DNA of 64,000 nt, from the IMG/VR virus record IMGVR_UViG_3300020045_013318, positions 1-64,000 of that record; one strand, written 5' to 3'. The notes under the pieces were generated by a model that did no database searches, was not told the DNA's origin, and saw nothing but the letters and a program-made list of their open reading frames with translations. A program made the translations under genes and the position numbers. The stretch comes from a virus. Positions 40,219-49,856 of this stretch are shown here, in pieces (position 1 is the stretch's first letter; every line of letters starts with the position of its first letter).

Positions 40219-41761
40219 TCGTTAGAGTAACCTCCATTCCTACCAACGCAGACGTGATGGCAACAGCACTCTCTAAAGCAAGTCGAGTTACTTTGAATGG
40301 ATCAATGATGCCTGCCTCAAACATATTGACATGCTTTTTGTTCTTGAAGTCAATTCCTATGCCATTTTCGGTATTAACACTTACATTGGTGGGCAATCTA
40401 AATAGCTTCTGGATCCAAGTTTTTTGATACATTCCTGAGTTGTCTACCATTTGAGTGAAGGGGGTAGATAAAGCGTTCTTAAATATTGAATCTTCATGTC
40501 TAAATGCGGCCGTTAGGAGAGCTAGTCCTCCTCCAGGAAGTATTCCTTCTTGAAGAGCTGCTTGAGTAGCATTAATTGCATTCTCAAACTTATACTTCTT
40601 GGCATTGAATTCGGTGTCTGTGTACGCCCCAACTCGAATCACTCCAATTCCTCCCGTCAGCGCAGCCAAGCGATCATTAAGTATTTCTTTCTGATATTCT
40701 GAGGTAGTTGAATCAATCTCTCCCTGAATCACTTTGATTCGATCCCAAAGTTCTGGATTTTCAGTCGCTCCAATGATGGTTGTTCGATCTTTAGTTACGA
40801 TGACTTTTTCCGCTCGTCCACACACCTCTTTCGTTTGTTTATCGAGTCGCATTCCTCTCTCCTCCGAAATGATGGTTGCTCCTGTCAATGCTGCCATATC
40901 AAGAAGGAAGTCTCGTGCCGGAGAGGCAGTATATGGATTACGAACACATGCGATGTTGGCAATTTTGTTGACGGCATTCTGAGCGAGAGTCCCAAGAGCA
41001 ACTCCATCAACGTCATCGGCTATGATTAGAATGTCGTTCCCCGTTCCAATTGAGTTTAATAGAGAAATAATCTGCTCATTAGTACTTATCTTTCGATCAA
41101 CTAGAATGATGTAGGGATTTTCAAGAATTGTCTGCATCTGCTGATGATCATTGACGAAATATGGAGAAATAAGACCTCTTTCAAATCGAGCTCCTTTCAC
41201 CACCTCTTTTGAATAGCCTAGCTGTGCCCCCTTTTCAACTGTCACTACCCCCTTAACACCAACCTCTTTGATTACTTCCGCAATTAGCTTTGCAACTTCA
41301 GGATCTAGTGATGAAATGTTGGCAATTTTTTCAATATCATCTTGAGATACTTCTCGTTTAATATATTCAAGTTGTGCAAGTACTTCCTCCAATCCTTGAG
41401 TCAGTCTCTCTTTTATTTTTCGACTCTTTGAGCTGTCTTTCCCAAGCTCTTTGAAGGCTTCAGTGAGAAGTGCTTGAGTAAGAACTGTCGTTGTGGCCGT
41501 TCCGTCTCCACCTTCGACCGATGTTCGAACACCCGCTTTGCGGAGCATTTGAAGTCCAATATTTTCGTATTTATCTTTAAAGTCAAGCTGTCTAAGGATC
41601 GTTACTCCATCATCACATTCAATAGGATCCAAGCCAGGAACCTCAATGAATGCTGTCATCCCGACTGCTCCAAGTGTTGGTCGAACAGCATCACACGCCT
41701 TATCAATTCCAGCCTTGACTCTCATTCTTGCTTCGTGTCCCTTTAGTATTTGTTTGCTCAT
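40202..41761 (-). CDS. groEL: Phage-encoded chaperonin GroEL
   Basis: TLG, DGVTI, GDGTATT, RG.ISPYF, ERLA-like/GGIGVI.VGA.T, GI.PGGG, GIIDP.KV. Confidence 0.95.
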   Translation of the reverse strand: MSKQILKGHEARMRVKAGIDKACDAVRPTLGAVGMTAFIEVPGLDPIECDDGVTILRQLDFKDKYENIGLQMLRKAGVRTSVEGGDGTATTTVLTQALLTEAFKELGKDSSKSRKIKERLTQGLEEVLAQLEYIKREVSQDDIEKIANISSLDPEVAKLIAEVIKEVGVKGVVTVEKGAQLGYSKEVVKGARFERGLISPYFVNDHQQMQTILENPYIILVDRKISTNEQIISLLNSIGTGNDILIIADDVDGVALGTLAQNAVNKIANIACVRNPYTASPARDFLLDMAALTGATIISEERGMRLDKQTKEVCGRAEKVIVTKDRTTIIGATENPELWDRIKVIQGEIDSTTSEYQKEILNDRLAALTGGIGVIRVGAYTDTEFNAKKYKFENAINATQAALQEGILPGGGLALLTAAFRHEDSIFKNALSTPFTQMVDNSGMYQKTWIQKLFRLPTNVSVNTENGIGIDFKNKKHVNMFEAGIIDPFKVTRLALESAVAITSALVGMEVTLTNEEGN

Positions 41762-42051
41762 AGAATGGCTAGAATATCATCTATATTTACAATCTTCATC
41801 TTTTGTCCTTCATGATCAATCTCTTGAGTGTCAGGAGAGTATTTGGCAAATAAAACAATTTGTCCTTGTTGAAATCCTCCCTCAACGAAAGGAGAGACAG
41901 TTGAGGTTCCTTTGAGGGCAAATGGATCTTCTCCAACTTTCTCAATCTTTCCTTTGTAAATAAAAGAATCGACAACATCGACTGTTTGAAATCCCTCCTT
42001 CGCTTCCTCCTCTATTCGAGAGATAAGAATTCTATTTCCTAGTATTTTCAT
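41758..42051 (-). CDS. groES: Co-chaperonin GroES
   Basis: LGNRILI...GKIEKVG...VLFAKYS...DDILAIL; coupled to groEL. Confidence 0.9.
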   Translation of the reverse strand: MKILGNRILISRIEEEAKEGFQTVDVVDSFIYKGKIEKVGEDPFALKGTSTVSPFVEGGFQQGQIVLFAKYSPDTQEIDHEGQKMKIVNIDDILAIL

Positions 42052-42488
42052 TATATTTTTTTATAAAGAAGATTATATCCAGTCTCGAAAGGCTGAATGG
42101 TATCCTTGTAATGAGCTCCTCGATCCCTAAGTACTGCCTTTGATTTGACCCAATACCCATCTCTGTGTTTGTCGGTAATCAATCTGATACACCAATGTCC
42201 CTCAAAGCATTTTGTTTTGTAGAAAGCGATAAACTGATTTGGATTACTCCAGTCAATTTCCACCTCCTTGATACTCTGCGCCTTAAAGTCTTCCCCGCAC
42301 TTTACACAATAGAATTCAGTTAAGACAAATGGCTTTGCATCCTTTATTAAATCCTGTCTCTCCGCCTTATTCTTTTCCCTCTCAAGGTGGTAGGTTCGAT
42401 CGTCAGCTTTCTTCTCCTGACCCTCAATAAGCATTCGGATGTGGTAATGATCTTCGATTAAAGGTCTTGGAGAATGTTCGTATTTCAT
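42051..42488 (-). CDS. Hypothetical Zn-binding protein
   Basis: CVKC, C..GH. Confidence 0.7.
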   Translation of the reverse strand: MKYEHSPRPLIEDHYHIRMLIEGQEKKADDRTYHLEREKNKAERQDLIKDAKPFVLTEFYCVKCGEDFKAQSIKEVEIDWSNPNQFIAFYKTKCFEGHWCIRLITDKHRDGYWVKSKAVLRDRGAHYKDTIQPFETGYNLLYKKI

Positions 42489-42642
42489 ATCATTTCTTTC
42501 ACCAGCTTCTTTAGAAATTCCAATGTTTCTCCCTCAATAGAAATGTACCTATTCCCAAAATCATCACTTTCAATCCAGATGTGAATTGCATTTTCTTCTT
42601 TTGAGAGATTTATATCTTCTGCTTTTGGAAGTATCCATTCAC

Positions 42643-42840
42643 TCATAGTCCAAAAATTCCTTTAATTCCCTTCTCTTCATTCTCAAATTGTTTGAACTCC
42701 TCTTCAGATCCTAAGGGAATAAATACAGCTTTCCCGTCTCCAGCATCAGGAATGGCTTCAATTTGCTCCTCTGTCAGATTGTTGAGAATTTCCGGATCTT
42801 TCTGACTCAGTTTCCACATTCTCTTGAGGCGTTTCAACAT
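42643..42840 (-). CDS. Hypothetical protein
   Basis: 65-aa ORF overlapping TerS 3' end. Confidence 0.55.
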   Translation of the reverse strand: MLKRLKRMWKLSQKDPEILNNLTEEQIEAIPDAGDGKAVFIPLGSEEEFKQFENEEKGIKGIFGL

Positions 42841-43327
42841 AGGATTTGGTTAGTAAACTCTTAATTTCCTCCTCCATCTCTCGGACCCGTTCTCGAACTT
42901 CTGTACTAAAGATAAAGTTGTAGGTTGTTTTATTTTCTCCTGGAGGCTTTTCTTGAACTACTCCAAAGATTGCTGTCGCGTGTTTTAATCCCTTATCAAT
43001 TGCTTGATAGTCGTCTTTCTTAAATCTATCTTTAGCTTCGAGTAAGACATCTATCTTTTTGGCTATCTTCTGGGGCGTAATTCCTTGAGCAAGGAGTGCC
43101 TTCTTTAATCCCATCTCTTCTAAAGCCGTTTGAAATCCCTCTGATTCAATTACTCTTCCGGGAGATTCTGAGACTCTTCCATATCCCTCTTCGCTAAGGA
43201 TTTGTCCAAGTGGAGCCGGGTTAGGACTAAGAAGATTCTCCACCACTCTCTTTGCTGCTCTTCTCTGCTTCGGAGTTGGGTTGGTTGTCCTCTTCTTTCT
43301 TGGCTTCTTGTCCAGTTTCTGTTCCAT
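42758..43327 (-). CDS. Terminase small subunit-like protein (inner phage)
   Basis: PTPKQRRA...LGQIL...GY...P..VIESEGF; upstream of TerL. Confidence 0.65.
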   Translation of the reverse strand: MEQKLDKKPRKKRTTNPTPKQRRAAKRVVENLLSPNPAPLGQILSEEGYGRVSESPGRVIESEGFQTALEEMGLKKALLAQGITPQKIAKKIDVLLEAKDRFKKDDYQAIDKGLKHATAIFGVVQEKPPGENKTTYNFIFSTEVRERVREMEEEIKSLLTKSYVETPQENVETESERSGNSQQSDRGAN

Positions 43328-43478
43328 AAGGGGTTGGGACTCCTGGAGATCGCATCAGTGTGATTGTTGATTGAACTCCCATATCCGCATTGTGTTTAAT
43401 TAAAACTGCCTGAATGTCTTTGGTTAGCGCATCGATCTCATCTTTGGTCAAAGTTAAATCTTGAAGTTGTTCTGACAT
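43227..43478 (-). CDS. Hypothetical protein
   Basis: First ORF of late operon; AT-rich leader. Confidence 0.55.
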   Translation of the reverse strand: MSEQLQDLTLTKDEIDALTKDIQAVLIKHNADMGVQSTITLMRSPGVPTPYGTETGQEAKKEEDNQPNSEAEKSSKESGGESS

Positions 43479-43553
43479 AAATAAAAATAGTTATTAAAAA
43501 TGATTGTATTTATTTGAATAGCGTCATTTGTTATGATTTGCTTAATTATAATA

Positions 43554-43795
43554 TGGCCGACGTCTGGTATCGATCCAGACCTTATTTCCTGCGTAAGCTC
43601 TCTTAATATAGAAAGTGAAGAGTATTGCAGAGGAAGTAAGACTTCCTAGTGTCGGTATGATGGCTTGAGGTCTGCATTAAGGTTGGGGACTCCATCATTC
43701 TCGATGGGATGCGATGTACTATTCGTTTTATTAGAGTAAGATATTTTATATATGGCAATGCAGAGGAGAACCAATATGTAAGGTACAAGCCATCC
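43554..43795 (-). ncRNA. Structured RNA with 3' tRNA-like cloverleaf ending CCA
   Basis: GATGGCTTG/CAAGCCATC, TCTGCATT/AATGCAGA, CCGAC/GTCGG-CCA, GGAAG/CTTCC, GTCTGG-ATCGATA-CCAGAC; TATACT just upstream. Confidence 0.5.
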
Positions 43796-43861
43796 ACATA
43801 TAGTATACTAAATAGTCAACAATAAGAGCTCTATCTCTCGGTGGATAACTGGGTAGTTGGG

Positions 43862-43888
43862 AAAGCAGCCTTTTTGAGGCTGCTTTTT
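43862..43888. terminator. Intrinsic terminator
   Basis: AAAGCAGCC-N7-GGCTGCTTTTT. Confidence 0.7.
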
Positions 43889-43917
43889 GCTTGTCTTTCC
43901 AAGCGGCCAAGATTTGA

Positions 43918-44121
43918 TCACCTCCTTTTCAGGATTAGGATCCAATCGGGATCCAACCACACGTCGTTGATTATTTGGACGATCTGCCATGGAGGATGAT
44001 TGTGAAATAATCCATGCCAATGACGATGTTCGTCTTCAGAAACCATTGAAATGTTTCGAGGGGCGTCATCCCCACCATTGGATTTACATTTCCGATGATG
44101 AGTACTCTTCTTCGGCTTCAT
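43918..44121 (-). CDS. Small HNH-like protein
   Basis: HHRKCKSNGG...N......H..WH. Confidence 0.7.
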   Translation of the reverse strand: MKPKKSTHHRKCKSNGGDDAPRNISMVSEDEHRHWHGLFHNHPPWQIVQIINDVWLDPDWILILKRR

Positions 44122-44372
44122 GTATGCCTCCAGCGAATGTCCCAGACCTTCTTGGGTACCTCGTTTTCGAGCACATGGATTTCAAGTGCCTCGAAGTTTC
44201 CCCCCGAGACATCACCGACAACCATGTACTGCTTGCCCTCGTACTCCATGAAGAGACAGGTGCGCTCGCCGCACCGTGCCGTCTTGACCACGTTTCCTTC
44301 AACGAGTTCGACGGGGGTGATGGCGAGTGCGTTCGTTACCACAAATGCGAGTACTGCGATAAGGTATTTCAT
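44118..44372 (-). CDS. Small secreted protein
   Basis: Signal peptide MKYLIAVLAFVVTNALA; GAGGAGG RBS. Confidence 0.65.
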   Translation of the reverse strand: MKYLIAVLAFVVTNALAITPVELVEGNVVKTARCGERTCLFMEYEGKQYMVVGDVSGGNFEALEIHVLENEVPKKVWDIRWRHT

Positions 44373-44522
44373 TCTGCGTCCTCCTCAAGTTGGCGATACT
44401 GAAAAATGACATTTACTCGCTCGACGTATGTTTTGTCGAACCACTCTTTGACGCACTTTGAATCGTTACAAATCGGAACACCAAGACTGTGCGACGATGT
44501 TTGATATCCACAGATATAGCAT

Positions 44523-44714
44523 TCATCGAGGTAGTTTTCCATACTTTCCTCCCGTTAGTTTCAAAAGTAGATTTACATACACCTTGATGACTCTTTCGCG
44601 TACGGGCCCATAAAAACAGTCAGGATGGTAGGCGAGAGTTTCACCACTCTCGAAGTCGTAGAAGAGTGTTGGTCTGCTACCAACCTCTTTTTTACAATGA
44701 TTGCAGATCAACAC
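44523..44714 (-). CDS. Small zinc-finger protein
   Basis: CNHC...HPDC. Confidence 0.55.
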   Translation of the reverse strand: MLICNHCKKEVGSRPTLFYDFESGETLAYHPDCFYGPVRERVIKVYVNLLLKLTGGKYGKLPR

Positions 44715-44923
44715 TGGGTCCCCCTTTCAAAGAACATAGATAGAATAATTCTTCTCTTTCATTATCTCATTATTTTGTTCTATCTACTCCTTTCGTGGGG
44801 TGCACAACTAAATTCTTTTATTGCAATTACAACAATAAAGACGATCGTCCCACCCTATTGATTCGTATGTTTTGGCGTAGCAACAAGAAGATCTGAATCC
44901 TAGCCAGATCATTAATTTTCTTA

Positions 44924-45259
44924 TCATTTTTTCTTTTTCTTATTCTCTTTTTTTATCTCTTTTGTTAGGTAAAAATCGACATTCTTTTCATCTCTGAGTC
45001 TACTTTTTTCTGCCAAATTTTTCTCCAACTCCTTTTGTCCCTCTTCGATTGCTGCCTTCATGGCGTCAAGAATTCTGAGCCAAGGACGCATGTAGTTTAG
45101 TTCTCGATTGTTGAATAAATACTTCTTTCCTCTCCATCGATTTGCTGAATTCATTGGGTCTACTTCAACTAAGCTTAGAGTGCCACGATCGTAATCTATC
45201 AAAATAGACACCTTTATTTCGTTAGTTTCAACTGTTCTTACCTCCAGATGTTTTGTCAT
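44924..45259 (-). CDS. Hypothetical protein
   Basis: 111-aa ORF. Confidence 0.65.
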   Translation of the reverse strand: MTKHLEVRTVETNEIKVSILIDYDRGTLSLVEVDPMNSANRWRGKKYLFNNRELNYMRPWLRILDAMKAAIEEGQKELEKNLAEKSRLRDEKNVDFYLTKEIKKENKKKKK

Positions 45260-45506
45260 AATTGAATCTATTTAATAGGTTTGTCTTGTAATTTTTCAAC
45301 AATCGCCATTCCCTTCCCCGCAATAGGAGCAACTTTGTATCGAGTTCGTCCGTACGCTTGTTTGATTTCCAAGATTTTTACTTGGATCCACATACCCTTT
45401 ATCTCAAAGTATGCACATTGTCCTTCTTTATACATGAAATGATTTGTTACTTATAATTCATCTCATATAGTATCAGACATTCCCCTATCATTGGCAAACT
45501 TCATTG

Positions 45507-45552
45507 TGTTCATAACTATAGTTGACAGGAAGAGGGGGGTGGAGTACACTAT
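45507..45552 (+). promoter_or_regulatory. Rightward promoter at the divergence point of the inner phage
   Basis: TGTTCATAACTATAG-TTGACA-17 nt-TACACT; first 19 bp repeated at 54326. Confidence 0.7.
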
Positions 45553-45731
45553 GAATATTAAAAGTAATGTAAAAATATTATGTTGGAAAAAGAATGGGAT
45601 GAGGAGGATCAAGATCCTGTCTTAGACCACACCTATTTAGAAAATCAATCAATTCAAGAGTTGGCTGAAGAGGCCCTCAAGTCAGAAGAAGAAATCCAAA
45701 GAATTATAATGAACGACAATAATCAATAATT

Positions 45732-46025
45732 ATGAAACTAACCATAACAAATGGCACAGTTGTAGTTGAAAGTGAAAATAAGAAGGAAGCCTCTGAATTA
45801 TTCAATCGATATTTTGACACCGCATCTCCAAGCGGAGAAGTTAAGGTTGTTGTGAAGAATATTAAAACTCCCAAAAAGCACAAGAGACACCTTTTTGCAA
45901 AACGATGTCGATATTGCGATCGAGCTTGTAAGGGAGGAACAGGATTGTCTTCTCATGAACGATCGTGTGTGAAAAAACAAACATCTTTCACTCCCTCCAA
46001 CATTCCAACAAACCTCTTAAGTTAA
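45732..46025 (+). CDS. C2H2 zinc-finger protein
   Basis: CRYCDRACKGGTGLSSHERSC. Confidence 0.7.
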   Translation: MKLTITNGTVVVESENKKEASELFNRYFDTASPSGEVKVVVKNIKTPKKHKRHLFAKRCRYCDRACKGGTGLSSHERSCVKKQTSFTPSNIPTNLLS

Positions 46026-46046
46026 TAGAAATATAGAAAAAACATT

Positions 46047-46652
46047 ATGGCGAAAAAAACAGCAACAATGAAGCTTGGGAAAGCAGACTACGCAAAAGTT
46101 CCCGACAGAGTAAAAGAGTTCAGAACTGCACACCCAGACGGAAAGATCGAACAAGACAATATTAATCTTCCAGATGGACAAATTGAGTTTAGAGCTTGGA
46201 TTTGGAAAGATAAAACCCAACTAATCGAACTGATAAAGTCTGGCGTAACGAACACAGCTGTTCTGCGATCCAGTTCCGACTCAAATGGAACGGCCAAGAA
46301 GGCTACAAAAGACGTCAAAGATTTTGAAAAACTTGAAACTATTGCGGTAGGACGAGCTTTGGCAATGCTTGGATACCTTGCGAGTGGAGAGATAGCCTCA
46401 AGTGAAGAAATGGAGGAGTTTCTTGCAGATAAAGAACAAAAAGCTCAGGAGGAAATCAATGAAATAACTGAAAAGATTGGTGAATGTAAATCTGATTATG
46501 CACTTGCAAAGTACTGGCTTTCACTTCCTGGAATCTTCAAAACTAATCCTGCAGTATTCCTAGCCAAAGAGGAGAAGAAGAAGAGTTTTAAGAAACCAAA
46601 GGAAGAAGAGGTCTCTCCTGAGGAGGGGATAATCGAAGAGGAAACACAATGA
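46047..46652 (+). CDS. Probable single-strand annealing protein (recombinase)
   Basis: YAKVPDRV...EKLETIAVGRALA; coupled to exonuclease, near SSB. Confidence 0.6.
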   Translation: MAKKTATMKLGKADYAKVPDRVKEFRTAHPDGKIEQDNINLPDGQIEFRAWIWKDKTQLIELIKSGVTNTAVLRSSSDSNGTAKKATKDVKDFEKLETIAVGRALAMLGYLASGEIASSEEMEEFLADKEQKAQEEINEITEKIGECKSDYALAKYWLSLPGIFKTNPAVFLAKEEKKKSFKKPKEEEVSPEEGIIEEETQ

Positions 46653-47380
46653 AAATAATAACATACGACAGTCGAGAGGAGTGGCTCAAGGGTCGCCTTG
46701 GCAAGATCACAGGATCTAAACTCAATGAGGTGTTCTCTGTCAAGGAGGTAACAAAGGATGAGATTTCGAAGATTCTAGATCGAGAAAAAATTGAGTACAA
46801 AAAGAGCGAAAAGAAGGAAGTTTTGGAGCAATTGGTTCCAGAAAAATACAAATCAGAACTTCTGGGAAAGCGAGAGTATAAACTTGGATTCTATGAAGTA
46901 TTGGCAGAACGATTGTCTGTTCCCGAAGAGGGAAATGAGACACCAATAGATCGCGGAACTCGACTTGAAGGACCAGCTCTTGACGTCTTTGCAGAAATGA
47001 CTAAAAAGAAAATCAAAAATGACTTGATTCTTTGGGTCTCTGATGAGGATGAGGGAATGGCCTACTCACCTGATGGATGTATTTCACCCAAGGAAGTCGT
47101 TGAGGTAAAATGTTTGTCTTCTGCCAGACACTTAATGGCATACTTCGAACAAACAATTCCTTCTGAGTATGTCAAGCAGTGCTTGCAGGGATTTATAGTC
47201 AATGAAAAGCTTCAGATTTGTCATATTGCCTTCTTTGATCCAAGAATTCCATCAAAACCTCTTCACTGGATAACTCTCAATCGGAAAGATCTTGTTTCGG
47301 ACATTGAGATGTATCGACAACACGAATTATCAACAATTAAAGAATTAGAAGAAAAAGTTAATCAACTAGCATCATACTAA
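46649..47380 (+). CDS. YqaJ/lambda-type exonuclease
   Basis: EWL..R.GKITGS, RGTRLE, SPDG, EVKC, Y..Q. Confidence 0.9.
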   Translation: MKIITYDSREEWLKGRLGKITGSKLNEVFSVKEVTKDEISKILDREKIEYKKSEKKEVLEQLVPEKYKSELLGKREYKLGFYEVLAERLSVPEEGNETPIDRGTRLEGPALDVFAEMTKKKIKNDLILWVSDEDEGMAYSPDGCISPKEVVEVKCLSSARHLMAYFEQTIPSEYVKQCLQGFIVNEKLQICHIAFFDPRIPSKPLHWITLNRKDLVSDIEMYRQHELSTIKELEEKVNQLASY

Positions 47381-47562
47381 ACATGCAAATTCGAATCTCA
47401 GTGACGGACTTCAAAAGTAAAAGAGGATACAACACTCTTGTAAAAAAACTCAGCAACAATGGTATTGGATATGCAATTGAGTATGCCAAAGCACCAAAGG
47501 AGCGACTTTTGGTTTCTGGAAGAAAGGATCAAATATTAAAAGTTCTTGAATTAATATAAATT

Positions 47563-48015
47563 ATGTCAATCAATCTAAATGTGGCAATTGTGTCAGGACG
47601 CCTTGTTCGAGATCCAGAATTAAAAGCACTCCCAAGTGGGGTTTCAATTTGTAATTTCAGTCTAGCTACCAATCACATCTATACAAAAGATAGTGAAAAA
47701 AAGGAGTCGGTTGAATTTCATAATGTCGTCCTGTTTGGGAAACAAGCAGACAACACGGCTCGGTTCCTCAAAAAAGGATCAGAAGCTCTCGTTGAGGGTC
47801 GCCTTCAAACTCGATCTTGGGAAAAAGATGGCGTAAAGCACTACCGAACTGAAATTGTGGGAGACTCAATACAATTTGGATCCAAACAATCATCTCAAAA
47901 CAACGATGTTGAAGAAGAGAATAATGAGGAAGAAACTCCAAAATTAAAAACAAAGAAGATTGAAGCGCCTGAATATCCAGAAGGTGAGATAAATCCCGAC
48001 GATATTCCTTATTAA
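47563..48015 (+). CDS. ssb: Single-stranded DNA-binding protein
   Basis: GRL.RDPE...FSLATN...VEGRLQTRSW; DDIPY tail. Confidence 0.95.
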   Translation: MSINLNVAIVSGRLVRDPELKALPSGVSICNFSLATNHIYTKDSEKKESVEFHNVVLFGKQADNTARFLKKGSEALVEGRLQTRSWEKDGVKHYRTEIVGDSIQFGSKQSSQNNDVEEENNEEETPKLKTKKIEAPEYPEGEINPDDIPY

Positions 48016-48076
48016 AATGAGGTGTGCATAACTGAAGTTGTTTCAAAACCAAAGTATGAGATACTTGTCGGATGCA

Positions 48077-48184
48077 GGTATTAAATGTAAAATGCGTCTT
48101 GGATATAAACAGCAATGTTTGTATCTACAACGCATTTAATACCGCCGAGAGAGCCCCACAGTCTTAAAAGCTGCGGGGTTTTTT
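48077..48184 (+). ncRNA. Candidate small RNA: long hairpin plus terminator
   Basis: GGTATTAAATG/CATTTAATACC, GATATAAACA-GCAA-TGTTTGTATC, then CCCCACAG/CTGCGGGG-T6. Confidence 0.4.
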
Positions 48185-48476
48185 CGTGTGTTTGACAATT
48201 TGCAATGTCATAGTTCTCACAATCTATGAAATAAATATGTGAAATCTGAACAAGGTTTGTTTGCAGATATAAAGTGCCCGCAATGTCCTCTCTGACAACG
48301 GGCGACCTCATCTGCACGCAAATCTCCTCGTTGGAAGAAATAAAAATAAAGCGGTGCGTTGATAAGCAACAATCTTAGCTGGAGGGAATTTTTTCTAAAC
48401 GTGTCTACATTGCAATACAGAAAAAGAATCATGTCCTGAAATATGGTATGAGGGAAATAAAGAGACTATATCTAAA

Positions 48477-48845
48477 ATGTCTTGGATAGAAATTGAGCAA
48501 AAAGGATCCACCAAAACAAAGGTGTCTGTTTTGCATTTGAGGAAGCTTGCTAGAAAAAAGAGGGAGCTTTCCAAAAATAAAAACACATTTAGTTATGATG
48601 CCTTTCTTGTGGGGCAAAGATGGCAAAGCTTCAAGAGAAAGTATTGGGAAAATCATGAAAAGAAGTGTATAAAATGTGGCTCATTATCCAATGTTTGCAT
48701 TCATCACAAAACCTACAAGAATTTTAAGAGAGAAAAGGAGGAGGATGTTGTGGCTTTGTGTGAAGGTTGTCATAAAAAATTCCACAATAGATTTGGCACT
48801 CAGAAAGACATGAGAAAAAACACCGACTACTTCTTGAGGGAGTAG
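48477..48845 (+). CDS. HNH endonuclease
   Basis: CIKCG...HHKTY...LCEGCHKKFH. Confidence 0.85.
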   Translation: MSWIEIEQKGSTKTKVSVLHLRKLARKKRELSKNKNTFSYDAFLVGQRWQSFKRKYWENHEKKCIKCGSLSNVCIHHKTYKNFKREKEEDVVALCEGCHKKFHNRFGTQKDMRKNTDYFLRE

Positions 48846-48925
48846 TTATGCACCTTTAGATTTGATTGTCCTATACCAATCAAGTATACTGAAGGTTGGC
48901 TCGTTCTTTGAAAAGGAGAAAGAAA

Positions 48926-49651
48926 ATGCTTAAAGTAAATGAAATCTTTGGACCAACAATCCAAGGTGAAGGAAAGAATGCGGGGAAGCCAGTTGTTTTC
49001 CTCCGCTTGTCGCAATGCAATCTCCACTGTATTTGGTGTGATACTCCTCATACATGGAATTGGGAGGGTACGAAGTTTGCTCACCCAATCAAGTTTGTCC
49101 AAACTGAAGAAGAGCATCTGATGTCAGTTGATGATGTTTTTTTGAAGGTTTTGGAAAAAAGTGGTGGAGAAATCGAGTCGTTGGTGATCTCGGGCGGCGA
49201 GCCCCTTCTTCAACAAAAAGAACTAACCGACCTGCTTCGCGTCTTGAAGTCGATTGGTTGGTTTGTTGAAGTTGAAACCAATGGAACGGTCCCACTCCGA
49301 CCTGAGTTTGCAATTTTGATAGATCAGATCAATTGCTCTCCCAAGTTGGCAAATTCGTTGGATCCTGAATCGCTTCGAATCAAGAAGAAGACGTTAGAGC
49401 AACTTGCTTCAAATTCTAAAGTCAACTTCAAGTTTGTTGTGTCAGATGAAGGAGATGTCCCTGAAATCTTGTCGATTGTTGAACTGCTTCGGCAGTCTGG
49501 CACTCCTGAGATTCGTCTGATGCCCCTTTGTCAGACGCGGGAAGAACTCGAGATGAGAGAACTTCTCGTCAAAGAGTTGGCCCAGAAGCACAACTTCATT
49601 TACTGCACACGGTTGTCGATTTTGATGTCGGGGACCAAGCGTGGTGTTTGA
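48926..49651 (+). CDS. queE: 7-carboxy-7-deazaguanine synthase (radical SAM)
   Basis: TIQGEG...FLR...CNLHCIWCDT, SGGEP, VETNG, SPK. Confidence 0.95.
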   Translation: MLKVNEIFGPTIQGEGKNAGKPVVFLRLSQCNLHCIWCDTPHTWNWEGTKFAHPIKFVQTEEEHLMSVDDVFLKVLEKSGGEIESLVISGGEPLLQQKELTDLLRVLKSIGWFVEVETNGTVPLRPEFAILIDQINCSPKLANSLDPESLRIKKKTLEQLASNSKVNFKFVVSDEGDVPEILSIVELLRQSGTPEIRLMPLCQTREELEMRELLVKELAQKHNFIYCTRLSILMSGTKRGV

Positions 49652-49856
49652 ATTCGGGGGAAGAAATTCCCCCCTCTTTTCTACTTTCTAAATCGGAATC
49701 ACCAGCCTTATGGGTGCCTGACAGGGAGGAGCTCTGTTTGGTTGTAGACAGCCAATACAAGGTTTGGAAAGTAGAAAAGAGGAGTGTGCATAACTTTTGT
49801 AGACAAAATAATCGCCTATCTGTATACTTTATACATTACAAGATAAGTATTAAGAG

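Noticed and set aside
43554-43656. Canonical tRNA gene
   Set aside because: Acceptor stem only 5 bp, no GG D-loop or TTC T-loop, no standard anticodon loop; kept only as tRNA-like RNA.
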